Source of the DNA: the human T2T-CHM13v2.0 reference genome, Homo sapiens
Reading direction: 5' to 3' (one strand)
Assembly (NCBI RefSeq): GCF_009914755.1
Contig: NC_060940.1
Length of the DNA: 64,000 nt
The notes under the pieces are model-generated. The model searched no databases and was not told the origin of the DNA. It saw only the letters and a program-made list of their open reading frames with translations. Shown here one piece after another: positions 24,421-48,950 of the stretch. The first letter of the stretch is position 1. Each line of letters starts with the position of its first letter. Position numbers and translations under genes: made by a program.

Positions 24421-26527
24421 AACCAAAACAAGTGTAAGTTTTCTTGTGCCTCTGAAGATGCTCCGCTGGCGCTTGCTGGGGCCCTGAACGTGAGCGCCTC
24501 GCTGGAGGGGGAGTTTTATTCTGTTTTGGACATCTCTTTTTATCGGTTGAATAGTAGTTGGTTCTGGTAGTTAACGTGCGTAGGAGGAATGTAAGGGAAT
24601 GATTAGTTGGGCTTGTGATCGTGGCCTGTAGTCACGCTTGAATCGCAGAATGAAGTGGTTTTGTTTGTATAATTGGAAGTTACGCTTAGTTTCTCTGTTT
24701 GCAAAGTGCCTGTCTTTGGGGAGTTCGGTTTGTTTCCTTTTACAGGACCTACCCCAAGTGTTTCTTGCTCTTCAAGAAACGTTGCCTTTGGGTAGAGAAC
24801 CTATGCAACGGAAGACGGGACGGATCCTCAGTTTGCCCTGATTGCTCATTCAGAGAGGTCCGTTCCCTAGGCCACTGGGTGATTGCTGGTGTGCGCTTGT
24901 ATGGTGTCTCAGGGTTTGGGATCTTGCTTCAGAAACATTCTCGGGGCCTGGGGCAGATCAGGTGCGGCCAGGTAAGCGTCTCCCGACTGCAGGTGCTTGG
25001 GTCTTGCAGAAGGGAATACCTCCCCAAGCCTGGGAGAGTTTGCATTTGGGTGCAGGAGGGCCTTTAAAGGCTTCTTGTGCCAGCCTGTCGTGGCGACCAC
25101 CCGTTGTGGAGATCAGTGCGGTGGAGTTGTGGGAGGTGAGTGCTTTGCTCACCCTCAGCCAGGAAGTTGCTCTGAAGTCGGTGCTGTCAACCAGCAGAGC
25201 AAGGCGGTGATCCGAGAAGCTAAAGCTCAGCCGGTTGCGGGCGCCCAGCAGGAGGACAGAAGGCAGACTTTCGGGCCGCTCCTGGAGTGCCCGGCCCTGT
25301 CCCCGTTTCTGCAGTGTCTGGGCCTTGCCTGGCTCTAATAGATGAGGGTTGTTTTTGTCTTTGCATCATAAAAGTTTCTTGCTCTGAAGCGTTTAGTAAC
25401 TACTAGCCGTTCACTAAGTGCCTATCTGTGAATTTGGAAGGGCAAATTCGATTTTCAGCGGAATTTTGAACGCTTGATCTGTGTTGTGATTACATTGTAA
25501 CAGATTGGCCGCTTTCTCCAGAAGGCCAGTAGGAGGGGGTGCAGGGGGAGGGGCCTGGCTTCTGTCTGGGACACGGTGGGTGTGCACCTGTGGCTCCTTG
25601 CCCTGGCGGTGCAGTGCCTGTGAGACCACCCCGTGGTGCTGAGTGCTTTGGGGCAGGGGACACAGCAGCAGCAGCCAGGTCTTGGCAGGAGGTCTCGCAG
25701 GACCACCCCTCACGACTTCTCACACCTGAGACAGCAATAGCTAGGTGCTGGGACGGGGGCCTCTAGGCGGCTCTGTCCAGTCCTCAGCAGGAGGGCTGCC
25801 TGTGGCAGGGTCCCAGGCCCGTCTGGCCTGTCTGTGGCCTGGCCTTGCCTGGCTGTGAGGATAGCCTTGCCCATGGTCCTTCAGTGTCTGGAGCACTGGC
25901 CTGAGGCTTCAGAGACTTGCCTGATGCCTGGCCTCGCTCAGACCCCGGGCACCTGGGAGGTCGTGCCTCCTTGAAATGGCCACTCGCCAGGCTGCTTTGC
26001 ACCGCACCGGGCACAGGCTGCGGCCACTCAGGAAGCCCATCCTGGGGCTGGGGAAGCGAGAGCTGTGAGTCCTCAAGTCGCAGCTGGGCTGCTCCACGTG
26101 GGAGTGGAGGGTGGAGGAACGTGTGGAGTTTCGGAGTCCAGCCCAGTGCGGAGACAGCCTTGAAACCGTGGTTGGCGGGCGCTCCACTCCGCTCTGGGCT
26201 CGAACCCTGCCTGACCCTAGCTGTGCCCCCCACTTTCTCCCTGTCTGGCCCCTGGCTCCCCGCCCCCTCACTTAGAGGAGGGCACGGGGAAGGGCAAACG
26301 GTCCAGAGGGCGGGCGGCCTGCGGGCTCCTCTGCATCATGTGAGGAGGGCGTGGGGAAGGACATCCCGGTGGGGCCCGATCTGGGGCTGCCTCCAGCCCG
26401 GGCTGCCTGTCTTGGACTTAGTCGTGGACCTGGAGGCCAGTGCCCGGCTGGCCCCTGTCACCCTCTCGCTGTGATGCCAGCGCCTGCTGACTGGAGGACC
26501 CAGGTTCCTTCGCCTGCTTTTTCTCAG

Positions 26528-26784
26528 GCTGCCCTGAGGATCTGTGTTTGGTGAAAAGGAGCCAAATTCACCTGCAGGGCAGGCGGCTCTAGCAGCTTCA
26601 GAAGCCTGGTGCCCTGGCGACACTGGACCTGCCTTGGCTTCTTTGATCCCAACCCCACCCCCGATTTCTGCTCTGCTGACTGGGGAAGTCATCGTGCCAC
26701 CCAGAACCTGAGTGCGGGCCTCTCAGAGCTCCTTCGTCCGTGGGTCTGCCGGGGACTGGGCCTTGTCTCCCTAACGAGTGCCAG
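26528..26784 (+). other. UBE2I: Alternative 5'UTR cassette exon of UBE2I
   Basis: ttttttctcag| acceptor, CCAG|gtgagg donor, no ATG inside; matches my recall of a UBE2I variant 5'UTR. Confidence 0.55.
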
Positions 26785-27495
26785 GTGAGGCTGCGGCGGC
26801 TCCGACGCAGGTGGAGCTGCTGACCTGGCCCCTTTCTGCGGCTGCGAGGTGTGTGAGGTTCGTGGGCCTCCACAGGTGTGGGAGCCATCCAGGTCCCCAG
26901 GGCCCTTGTGGCTATTCTAGGACAGCCCAAGCCGTAGTAGGGACGGCCCCCCACAGCTTAGAAGACCTGGCTCAGTCCCCCAGCTTTGTAGAGGTGGCCC
27001 TTGTTTGGTGTTGAGATATCAGACTTGGGGGTAGTAGCTTCAGTGTTCCCATGGACTTTGAAAACCAGCACACACTTAGGTTTGAATTCTTGGGCAAGTT
27101 TTGTATCTTGAGCGCTGTTTTTCGTGGGTAAAGGTGGCCACCAGTAGGGTGACAGTTGAGGGTGGCATTGAGGCTGCTGGCCCTGTCTGCCTGGTGTCCC
27201 CAGTGACAGTGCTGGCCGACAGGCTCCCGCCGAGAACGCAAAGGCGAAGGTGCCAAGCCCCCGAGGTCCCGTGCAGATGTGTGGAGCTGGAATCTGGCGT
27301 GTGTGCCGCTGCCTCTGATCAGGGACCTGGTCCCCTACCCCATGCTCCTGCCCTGCCCTGCAGGACCCGTCTGTCCCCTGAAGCCACAGGGACGTGGTAG
27401 TGGCTGCACGGTCTGGGAAGGGTGTCCCCGTGGAGGGCTCCTCTCTCAGTGAGGCTGAGCCTCTGCCCTGTGGTACTTGTTCTGCTCTGTCTTCA

Positions 27496-27704
27496 ACATG
27501 GTGAAACCCTATCTCTACTAAAAATACAAAAATTAGCTGGGCGTGGTGGCACACGCCTGTAGTCTTAGCTACTCGGGAGGCTGAGGCAGGAGAATTGCTT
27601 GAACTCAGGAGGCGGAGGTTGCAGTGAGCCGAGATCGTGCCACTGCATTCCAGCCTGAGCAATAGAATGAGACTCTGTCTCAAAAAAAAAAAAAAAAAAA
27701 AAAA
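27496..27704 (+). mobile_element. Truncated sense Alu in UBE2I intron 1
   Basis: Alu linker, right arm and A-tail. Confidence 0.9.
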
Positions 27705-28208
27705 GAATAACAGGTGTCCCCTGGCCCAGCCTGAGTCTCAGTTCTGAGCGCCTGATACTAAGGCAGGGACCCAGCACCCCACATCCATCTGGGGCCCCAG
27801 CCCTGCCTAGTCCCCACCTGATGGTATGGTGAGGACCCTGCCATGTCAGCCACCACAGGGTGGCAGCTACCCCCCAGCCGCAGCGGCCCAGCCTCTGAAC
27901 ATCTGTCTCCTCACCTTGGAGCAGAGGCCGCAGCATGTGTCGCAGACCAGGGCTGGGTTGGGGCCATGGGGAAGGGGTCCTACCTGCCCCCGCCTCCCGG
28001 TGATCTGGGCGCCGCTCACAAGGCCTCCCCTGGTAGACCCCCGGGGTCGGACGATGGCTTGCAAGAAGAGAGTCCCTGCTGGGCCAGGCCACCGTATGTT
28101 AGGAGCAAGCCTGCCTGCTGCGGGCCACGTGCGCGTGCTGGGGTGGCAGGAGCCCGCTCGCCTCTCCTGACCCCGTGCTCTGCCTCCTGTGTTCCAGGGA
28201 CTTTGAAC

Positions 28209-38969
<10,761 letters not shown>

Positions 38970-39507
38970 GCAGCGACCTTGTGGCATCGTCAGAAGGAAG
39001 GGATTGGTTTGGCAAGAACTTGTTTACAACATTTTTGCAAATCTAAAGTTGCTCCATACAATGACTAGTCACCTGGGGGGGTTGGGCGGGCGCCATCTTC
39101 CATTGCCGCCGCGGGTGTGCGGTCTCGATTCGCTGAATTGCCCGTTTCCATACAGGGTCTCTTCCTTCGGTCTTTTGTATTTTTGATTGTTATGTAAAAC
39201 TCGCTTTTATTTTAATATTGATGTCAGTATTTCAACTGCTGTAAAATTATAAACTTTTATACTTGGGTAAGTCCCCCAGGGGCGAGTTCCTCGCTCTGGG
39301 ATGCAGGCATGCTTCTCACCGTGCAGAGCTGCACTTGGCCTCAGCTGGCTGTATGGAAATGCACCCTCCCTCCTGCCGCTCCTCTCTAGAACCTTCTAGA
39401 ACCTGGGCTGTGCTGCTTTTGAGCCTCAGACCCCAGGGCAGCATCTCGGTTCTGCGCCACTTCCTTTGTGTTTATATGGCGTTTTGTCTGTGTTGCTGTT
39501 TAGAGTA

Positions 39508-39513
39508 AATAAA
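39508..39513 (+). terminator. UBE2I: UBE2I proximal polyadenylation signal AATAAA
   Basis: AATAAA followed by U/GU-rich sequence. Confidence 0.8.
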
Positions 39514-41175
39514 CTGTTTATATAAAGGTTTTGGTTGCATTATTATCATTGAAAGTGAGAGGAGGCGGCCTCCCAGTGCCCGGCCCTCCCCACCCACCTG
39601 CAGCCCCACCGCGGGCCAGGACCAGGCTCTCCATCTGCTTCGGATGCACGCAGGCTGTGAGGCTCTGTCTTGCCCTGGATCTTTGTAAACAGGGCTGTGT
39701 ACAAAGTGCTGCTGAGGTTTCTGTGCTCCCCGCATCTTCGGGCTGTAGAGCGCTGGGCAGCTAAGATCTGCATAGGTCGGGATTGGCATCGAGACCCTGG
39801 CAACTGCACCGGTGCCAGCTGTCTTGGGGGCCACAAGGCCAGGTCCAGACCAGGGCTGGGGGCTGCCTGAGGACTCCTATCCGGGCAGCCTGCTGGCGGG
39901 GGTTCCCCTCTTCAGTGGCCAGGTCACAGGGATGGAGCTGCGCTGTGCATAGGGTGCCACCTCAGGTGTCTGTCCCTTGTGTCCTCAGGAGGCAGCCTTG
40001 CTACCACCCGTGGCAAACGCCAGGTGCTTTTTCTGGGAGAGCCCACAGCCGTGGCCCTCCAGGGCTTCCCCGACCCTTAGCGCCAGGTGGAGGGCCCTGG
40101 GCAGCCTGTGTCTGGAATTCTTCGTCCTGAGGCCGCCTGAGTGTGGTCTGTCCTGGGGAGGCTGTGCGCCTCAGCAGCCGTCCTGACGCTGAGCCCTCTG
40201 CAAAGGTTGGGCCGGCCAGGCCTCTTGGGGCTGCCTGAGCCACTGCAGGAAGTGGCCTGGCTGGGAAGTTGGGTGCCGGTCACCTCCCAGCAGGAAGGCA
40301 CAGTGGACAGAGATGGGAAGCCCTGGGGGACACAGCCCGGTGCTCCCAGCCCTCCAACCTCTGGCTCCCAACCCAGTCTCCCCATCCTAGCGAGCTTGGC
40401 CCTCCTCAGTTTCGTTTCAAGCCTTGGGGCTGGAGCTGGCCCTGCTGCCCTGGCACCCCCCGGTGGCTGGAGCTGGGTCCCCGTGGCCCAAGTGCAGGGT
40501 CCCAAGAGGGCAGGGCGGGGCTCCCCAAAGGAGCAAAGAATGCAGGGAGGGCGGTCCAGGCCCCTGGGAAGGGGAGCTCGGCACCCTCCAGGTCCGTGTG
40601 GGACCCCAGCCGCTGTTGGCTGGGAATCGAAGTTAGAGGTGACTTCCAAAGGCCCCCCGAGCCGGCAGTGCCCCCCACCACCCCCCCAGCGACTCTGCGG
40701 TGCCAGTGCCTTGTTGGCTTTTCCGGCTACGCACCCTGCAGTCACTGAGCTCTCGGTCTGACGTCTGATGTTTGTGGTTTGTTTATAACACGGGGCCTTA
40801 CCTGGGGAATTCAGCTGGTTTGAATATTTGTAGCCCGCTCCCAGAATGTCTTATTTTGTAATGACTGAACTACATTTAGTAATAGTTACACATGTATATG
40901 GTTAATACATATGGAAATTCAATATATTTTGTAGTTAACGTATTCTGAAGTAACGGATGTTTCTCGCCAATCGTAGTGACTTCAGCTAACGAAATGTTCT
41001 TTTGTAGTACCACGGTCCTCGGCCTAACGAAGGACGTGAACCTTGTAAGAGGAGAGCTCTGAAACGCGGTCACCTTTGTTTAGTGGAAGGGAAAGTGTGT
41101 TCCCGGCATGAGGTGCCTCGGAATTAGTAAAGAATTGTGGGCAATGGATTAACCACTGTATCTAAGAATCCACCA

Positions 41176-41181
41176 ATTAAA
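41176..41181 (+). terminator. UBE2I: UBE2I distal polyadenylation signal ATTAAA
   Basis: ATTAAA at the end of an AT-rich block (40760-41200), followed by GU-rich GTGTGTCCTTT. Confidence 0.65.
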
Positions 41182-42800
41182 GCATTTGCACAGACTGCGG
41201 CCTGCCGGGTGTGTCCTTTCCTGCCCTGTCCCTGGCTCCCCTGGGCTTTGGGGGTGGGAGCCCACTGGGGCCACAGGGCGTCCCCCGACCCCAAGGCCCA
41301 GCCCTACCCCCCAGGGCTTTGTTCTGGTCCTGCTTCCAGCCCCACGTCAGCCCCTCCGGGTGACATCCCCTCTAGCCAGCCTCGGGGTCTCTTCACCTGC
41401 ACCTCCCTGGCCTGCTCTACGGGTCTCCTCCCTGGGACTCAAGGCTGCTCTTGCTGTCCCTGGCAGGGGACCTCCTTGGGGAGCAGGGACCCCAGGTGTC
41501 CAGAGAGCTCTCCTCACAGGGCCCATCCAGGGCTGGCTAGAGCCACCAGGTAGGAGTCTGGTGCACAGGTGCAGGGACCCCAGCCCCCTGCGGGACGGGC
41601 TAGCCAGGCCTGAGCTGGCGCCGGGGGAGACCTCCCTTGGCTTTGGCAGTCGGGCTAGCCACAGGTGCCCTCCGTCTCTCAGGTCCCTTGGGACCTGGGT
41701 CTGGCTGGGCCGGAGGAGGCTAGGAGACTTGGCCACCATGCTGGCCGCTGCCCCCAGGAATGCAGGCTCCTGGCCAGGCTGCTGGTCCCCAGGTCGCCTC
41801 ACCTTCCTGGACCTGAGGCCTGGCCCCGCCATCACTCACTGGGATCCGCTGATGGGAAGCCTTCCTCATGATTACCATGACGACAAGTTGCCAGGTTGGA
41901 GGGCCTTGCACTGATTCGGACTGGCTGGAGCTGGTTTGAGCCAGCTCCAGCAGGGAGGGGCCTGGGAGTGCTGGGTTTGGGATCCATCCCCAGCCGACCC
42001 TGATTCTGGGTCTGGGAGTGTCCTGAAGCACCTGCTCAGGAGACACAGCCTGAGATCCCCAGGCACCACCTGGTCTGAGGAAGCCATTGGGCCCAGTTGG
42101 GGTGGGGGCTCCTGGCTTTGGCCCATTGGGTGGGAAGGGGCTGGGGCAACTGGTCCCATCCACCCTGCCTGTCTCTGGCCCAGCCTGGTCCAAAGGCTTC
42201 TGCACCTGCCAGGAGATCGGCTTATCCGGCTCTTAGGAAGAAATAGGAACAGGCACAAGAAAACCACCGAGCACGTGTGGCTTGGGCTCTTCCTTCCCTG
42301 GGCCTCTGCCCTTCCTCCAGGATGCCCTCCGCCGAATAAGGCAAGTTCCCACTCCTCGATGCGGGCTGTGCCTTATTTATTTATTTAGAGATGGAGTCTC
42401 ACTCTCTCGCCCAGGCTGGAGAGCAGTGGCATGATCTCGGCTCACTGCAACCTCCGCCTCCCGGGTTCAAGCAGTTCTCCTGCCTCGGCCTCCCGAGCCT
42501 GGGCTGTGCGTTTAAGGAGGGACTCTGAGGCCGGGCGCGGTGGCTCACGCCTGTAATCTCAGCACTTTGGGAGGCCGAGTTGGGAGGATCACCTGAGGTC
42601 AGGAGTTCAAGACCAGCCTGGCCGACATGGCAAATGCCCATCTCCATTAAAGATACAAAAATTAGGCCGGGCGCGGTGGCTCATGCCTGTAATCCTAGCA
42701 CCTTGGGAGGCTGATGCGGATGGATCACAAGGTCAGGAGTTCAAGACCAGCCTGACCAATATAGTGAAACCCTGTCTCTACTAAAAATACAAAAATTAGC

Positions 42801-44000
<1,200 letters not shown>

Positions 44001-45599
44001 AAAAATACAAAAATCAGCTGGGCATGGTGGCGGGCGCCTGTAGTCCCAGCTACTCGGGAGGCTGAGGCAGGAGAATCACTTGAACCCAGGAGGCAGAGGT
44101 TACAGCCGAAATCACACCACTGCTCTCCAGCCTGGGCAACAGGGCAAGACTCCGTCTCAAAAAAAAAAAGAAAAGGAGGGACTCTGAAGCCCCCAGAGCT
44201 GGGAGGAGTCGCCTCCCAACCCCAGCTCTGCACAGAAGGATGCACACTGAGGGCCTGGCCTCTCCCTGCTGGGCCCCTAACCACAGTGAGCACAGAAGCC
44301 CATCTCGCTGGGAAGGGGCCTCTGACACCCCCACCCTCAGGCTGGTGGGAGGCGGGGCCAGGGGACAGGGTGCCATCCTCCCTGCCATCCAAGCCTCACC
44401 GCAGCAGGGGCTGTCCTGCCTGCAGGGCTCTGGCACACCAATGGCCTTTGTTTGGGGGCTTGGTAGGACCCTGTCTTGGGCCCACTTCTTTGTCCCCGCC
44501 CTGCCCTGGACCCCTCACAGATGCTGCTACTAGCACAGAGGCCTGAGAGAACTCCAGCGTGACACTGGGTGGTCACCTCCAGCCGGCCCCACCTGTGCAC
44601 GCGTGGCAGCAGGACTCCCGGAGCTTCTGGTGTGGGATCTGGAGACCAGCATCTCAGGCATGAGGCCAGACTTGGGCTGAGGCCCTCCCACCCAGAGCCC
44701 CTCTCTTGATGGGGCAAGGAACAGGTTCTGGCAGTCTTCAGGGTCCTCCAGCTCCGGGGCAGGCAGGGTCCCTGGCCAGAGTCCCTGGGCTCTGACCCCA
44801 CGAGCTCTCCAAGGACCCTGCCCTTCCTTGCTTGGGTCCTCAGAGGGAAGTTGGGGGCAGATTCTGGGAGGCTGTGCCTGCAATTTCTAGGGCTGCCACC
44901 AGAGGGTGGTAGCACTGGGCCCTGCGCTGTGCTCAGGAGCGTGGAACAGGAGGGGCTGTCTAACTCTGCCATGGCCTCACCTGTGTGCTTCAGCGGCTTT
45001 GGCGCCTGCGTATCCAGAGCCTGGTGTTTTTACCTGCCCCCCAACCTCCGCCCCCCGCCACCGGCCCGGCCCTAAGGAGGAAAAGCTACTCTCCCTGCCT
45101 GCCAGACCCTTTCCAGCACAAAGTCCTGAGAATGTGAAAAGAGCCAGGCTTGAAAAATGGCTTTTCTCAGCTTTGCACAAGCAGCCCTGGTGCCCCAGCA
45201 GCCTCCTCAAGCTCTGACCCCGTCTGGGCAGGGGGTCTCGTGTCCCGACACATCGGTGGGAGGTGTTCCTGCACCTGCGCCATCCCCTCACTGTCCCCGG
45301 AGCACGGCAGCTGTCTGCACTCCGGTCCGAAGGCAGAGACGCCAGGGTAGCCCCTTCAGAGTGAGGCCTGGGGCTCAGGGTGGGGAGGGTGGGCGGCCCA
45401 CTCTCCTGCCCTCTCTCTTAGTGGGAGGGGACTCACGCGAGGATGGGCTTCCAGCCCCAAGCTATGGAAAGGTAAATTGGGTCACTGGAGGGGCCGGAGT
45501 TCTGGCTGGGTGGCTGCAGTTCCCATCCCCACCAACTGGGACTGAGGCTGACCTGCTGTGAGTTGAGACTGGCTCACTGAGGTCCCCCAGCTGCACCCA

Positions 45600-45740
45600 A
45601 GGTGGGTGCTGCTGTTGTCCCCATTTTACAGAAGAGGGAAACTGAGGCCCGGGCAGTGGAGGGTCGCCCTGGGGCAGGGGTGAGCAGGGTGCTGGGACTT
45701 TGATCCAGGTCAGCCTGTCTTCAGCCTCAGAACAAGTTGG
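45600..45740 (-). mobile_element. MIR
   Basis: CCCCATTTTACAGAAGAGGGAAACTGAGGCCC core. Confidence 0.75.
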
Positions 45741-46721
45741 AGAATGAAGGCCTTGGTCACTGAGTGGGGTGTCGCTCGGATCGTTCATTCCTCGACTCCT
45801 CACCAAATGTTTGTGGAGGGGACAGTCCTAGTGACCGTCCTCTCCTGGGGAAACGGAGGCCCAGGGCTGGTTTGGGACTCAGCCTATCGCTATGTGGCCC
45901 TGGAAAAGCCCTTTCCCGTCTCCGGACTCCAGTCTCCCTACCTAGAAAAGAGTGGGGAGAGGTCTCCAAGGGTGCTCCCGCACCCAACGGACTGCAGTGT
46001 TGGTTTCAGGGTTGGTGCTCTCGTAGGGGCCGGAGCAGCGGCTGCCCCTCCCAACTTCCTGTTTACCGTAGCTGCAGAGCCTGTCCCTTCACTTAAAGCC
46101 AGTGTGATCACCATGGCAACCGGCCTGTGTTTGTTCCAACAGGTGGGCAGAACCTGGTGCAAGACCGCAGAGGCAGGGGCGTCACTCCCAGACCCGGTCT
46201 CCAGACCCACCAGCCCCTCAGGAGAACACTGCTACAGAGTGGGGCTGAGGGCCCAGGCCCCCTCCCCTGCTTCCCCCACCGCGTCCCTGTCCCAGCCAGT
46301 CCCTGCATTTCCTGCAAGCTCCCTGCCCTCCCCCACCGGCCTGGCTGTGCTGGGTCAGGATCCGGCAGAGCCTGGGCCGAGCGTCCCGAAGGAGAGCCCA
46401 CCCAGGGGTCCTGCCCCCGATCCTGCACAGACAGGTGTGGGGCGGGCATGGATTTGAGTGAGTTGGGATCCAGAAGCCAAGACAGTTGTTGGCAGACGGG
46501 CCCCCTCCCTTTGAAGAGCTGTGTTCTGGAAGCCTGTCTGGCCTTGGGCTGCCCAGGTGCCCTTCGGGTGAAAACTCCAAAGTCTGACCACCCCCCACCC
46601 CTTGTCCCCAAAGGGCTGCGAGTGTCCAGCTGTTTTCGACCAAGCGCAGGTGCGACCGGGGGGCCGCTGCGCCCTCGGCAAGTCTGAGAGCCTCAGGCCC
46701 CCGACAGGACCATGCTTAGCA

Positions 46722-47190
46722 CGGACTTCTCAAAGTGTGGTCCCTGGACTGGCGGCAGCAGACTGGAGCTGGGAAGTGCAGGCGCTGGCTGGCGTGGGGA
46801 CCACACCTGTGATCTCAGCGCCTTAGGAGGCCGGGGAAGGGGGATCCCTTGAGCCTGGGAGTTTGAGACCAGCCTGGGCAACATAGGGAGACCCCCATCT
46901 CCACAAAAGAAACCAAAAAACATTAGCCGGCGGGTGGTCCCAGCTACTGGGGAGGCTGAAGCGGGAGGACCACTTGAGCCGGAGAGTTCGAGGTTGCAGC
47001 GAGTGGAGATGGTGCCACTGCGCTCCAACCTGGTTGAGAGCTATTTTTGAGAGCTTTTTCGAGACTCTGTCTGAAAAAAAAAGGGAAAAAACGCAGATCG
47101 CGCCCCCACCCAGACTTCGGGACCAGCGGGTTGGGGACAGGACCCATCAATGCCTTAACAAACCCTGCAGGAGACCGCGGGCCCGCTGGG
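46722..47190 (+). mobile_element. MER5A-like hAT element split by an Alu (about 46790-47090)
   Basis: TTCTCAAAGTGTGGTCCCTGGAC start; CCCCACCCAGAC...TTAACAAACCCTGCAGG end. Confidence 0.65.
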
Positions 47191-48950
47191 GTTCCAGGAC
47201 AGCGCAGCGGAGGAAGAGCGGGGAGCCACCCGGGAGGGGCTGGCGGGGTCCAGTGCAGACCCCAGGGGCTCCGGGGGCTCTGGCCGGCTGTGACCCCACA
47301 AGCGCCAACTGGGCCCTCACCAGAGCCCCAGGGACGATCGCCCCACAGACCGTCCGCGTGGGCGTGGGGCGTCCCGAGTGGATCCCTGCAGGACGCATCC
47401 CCGCCCCGAGAAGAGAGCGGCGGGGCCCGCGAGGTGTCCCTGAGTCAGGCCCTTCCAGAAAGGTCTGCACCGCTGCTGGTCTTCGTGACCGTGGCTTCCC
47501 TGGGGTCCGCGGAGGAGACCCCGCCGACCACCCCCTTCTAGACCCCACGCGCCACGGGGAGGGCGCGCGCGGCCAGGCGGGGTCCCGAGGCAGCCAAGCC
47601 CGCTCCCCGTCCCGCAGCCACCTGTGGGTTGACTCACAGCCCCGCATCCCGGGGGAGGGGGCTCCGGCCCGGCTCAGGGCACGGAGACCCCGGCCGGGTC
47701 CCCTAAGGCGCCGTGGACGCGGGGGGCGGGGCGAGCGCGGTCAGGCCCCGCCCCGGTCAGGCCCGGCCCCGCCCCCAGTCAGGCCCCGCCCCCGCAGCGG
47801 CGTCCGCCCAGCAGTTGCTCAGTCGTCGGCGCGCGCGGCTGGGAGCGGTAGCTGTGCCTCGGCGTCCCCGAGCTGGTGCCGAGCGCAGCGTCCCAGGAGC
47901 CCCCCATCCCCGCGCCGGCCCACGGTAAGTGCCGCGGGCTGCGGCCAGTGCTGTTGGGCCGCCGTCTGGGCTCGGCCCCGCGCCCCAACCCGGACGGACC
48001 GACGGCCGCCGCCCCCTTGGTCCGGGTCCCCCAGGAGGCACGGGGGTGGCCTCCGAGGCGGGGGGCGGTGGGAAGGTCTCGACGCCCCCTCGGCCCTGGG
48101 GAAACTGAGGCCGCGCATGCTTGGAGGGGCGGGGTCTCGGGGGCATTTCCCCTCCGAACGCGCAGGAGAGGGTGCGGCGGTGGGGTCCGCACTGCGGAGC
48201 GGACGGGGAGGGTATCCGGGCGCTGGCGACGGCCTCCCCCGCACTTGAGCCGCCAAGCGAGGCTTCGACCCCCGCGCCTCCCTCCCCGGGGGAGCAGACG
48301 GGCCCGGGGCCTCCCAGCACCCCTCCCGGGCGGGCTGCACCCCCCAGCGTCCTCGTCCCTTCCCTCCTCCCGCAGGTCCTCGTAAGGCCCTTTGGTCCCC
48401 CCGAAATCCCTGCGAGTGCAAAGCGGCCCCTCCTTCAGCCCCACTCGGCAAAGGGCTGTGGGCTCTTGCCTGGGCCGGGGTCTCCGGGGGAGGAGTTTAA
48501 AGTGACACACTAGACCCGCCCCCAGACTCACCCCGGACCGCCCGCCCCCTCCGAGGGGAGAGACCCCCATAGAACTGGGGGTGTGGCTCCTGCGGGCGCC
48601 CGGGGCCCCGGGAAAGGGGGTGCCGCGAGGCGGGGCAGGGAGGGGGTCGGTGAGCAGAGGGAGGAGGGAGCGCTGCGCAGACACGGGCGAGGGGAGGAAG
48701 AAGGCGCCTCGGGCTCCGGTCTCCTGCGCTCCTGCTGGGCGCCAGCGGCTGGACCTTGGCAGCCGTCTGAGGCTTCGGGGAGCCCAAGGCCACCGGCAGC
48801 GCTTGTTAGAATGCAGATTCCCGGGGTTCGACTGGAATGAGACCCCGGGGAGCAGCGTTTGCAGCGGGCCCGCCAGGTGACCTGCACCTGGGCACCGCCA
48901 TCGGCTTCGCAGGGGCCATCTGGAGGAGTCGGTGAGACCAGGGAGAGATT
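47100..48950 (+). promoter_or_regulatory. BAIAP3: BAIAP3 CpG-island promoter with non-coding exon 1 (about 47810-47924)
   Basis: CpG-dense, repeated GGTCAGGCCC(C)GCCCC GC boxes 47740-47795, AP-1-like TGACTCA 47630, donor ACG|gtaagt at 47924. Confidence 0.85.
48837..48931 (+). CDS. BAIAP3: Alternative first coding exon of BAIAP3 long isoform (MRPRGAAFAAGPPGDLHLGTAIGFAGAIWRSR)
   Basis: ATG 48837, donor CG|gtgaga, in phase with the acceptor at 52716 (SPAMSTLL), adding 35 aa to give 1187 aa. Confidence 0.75.
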
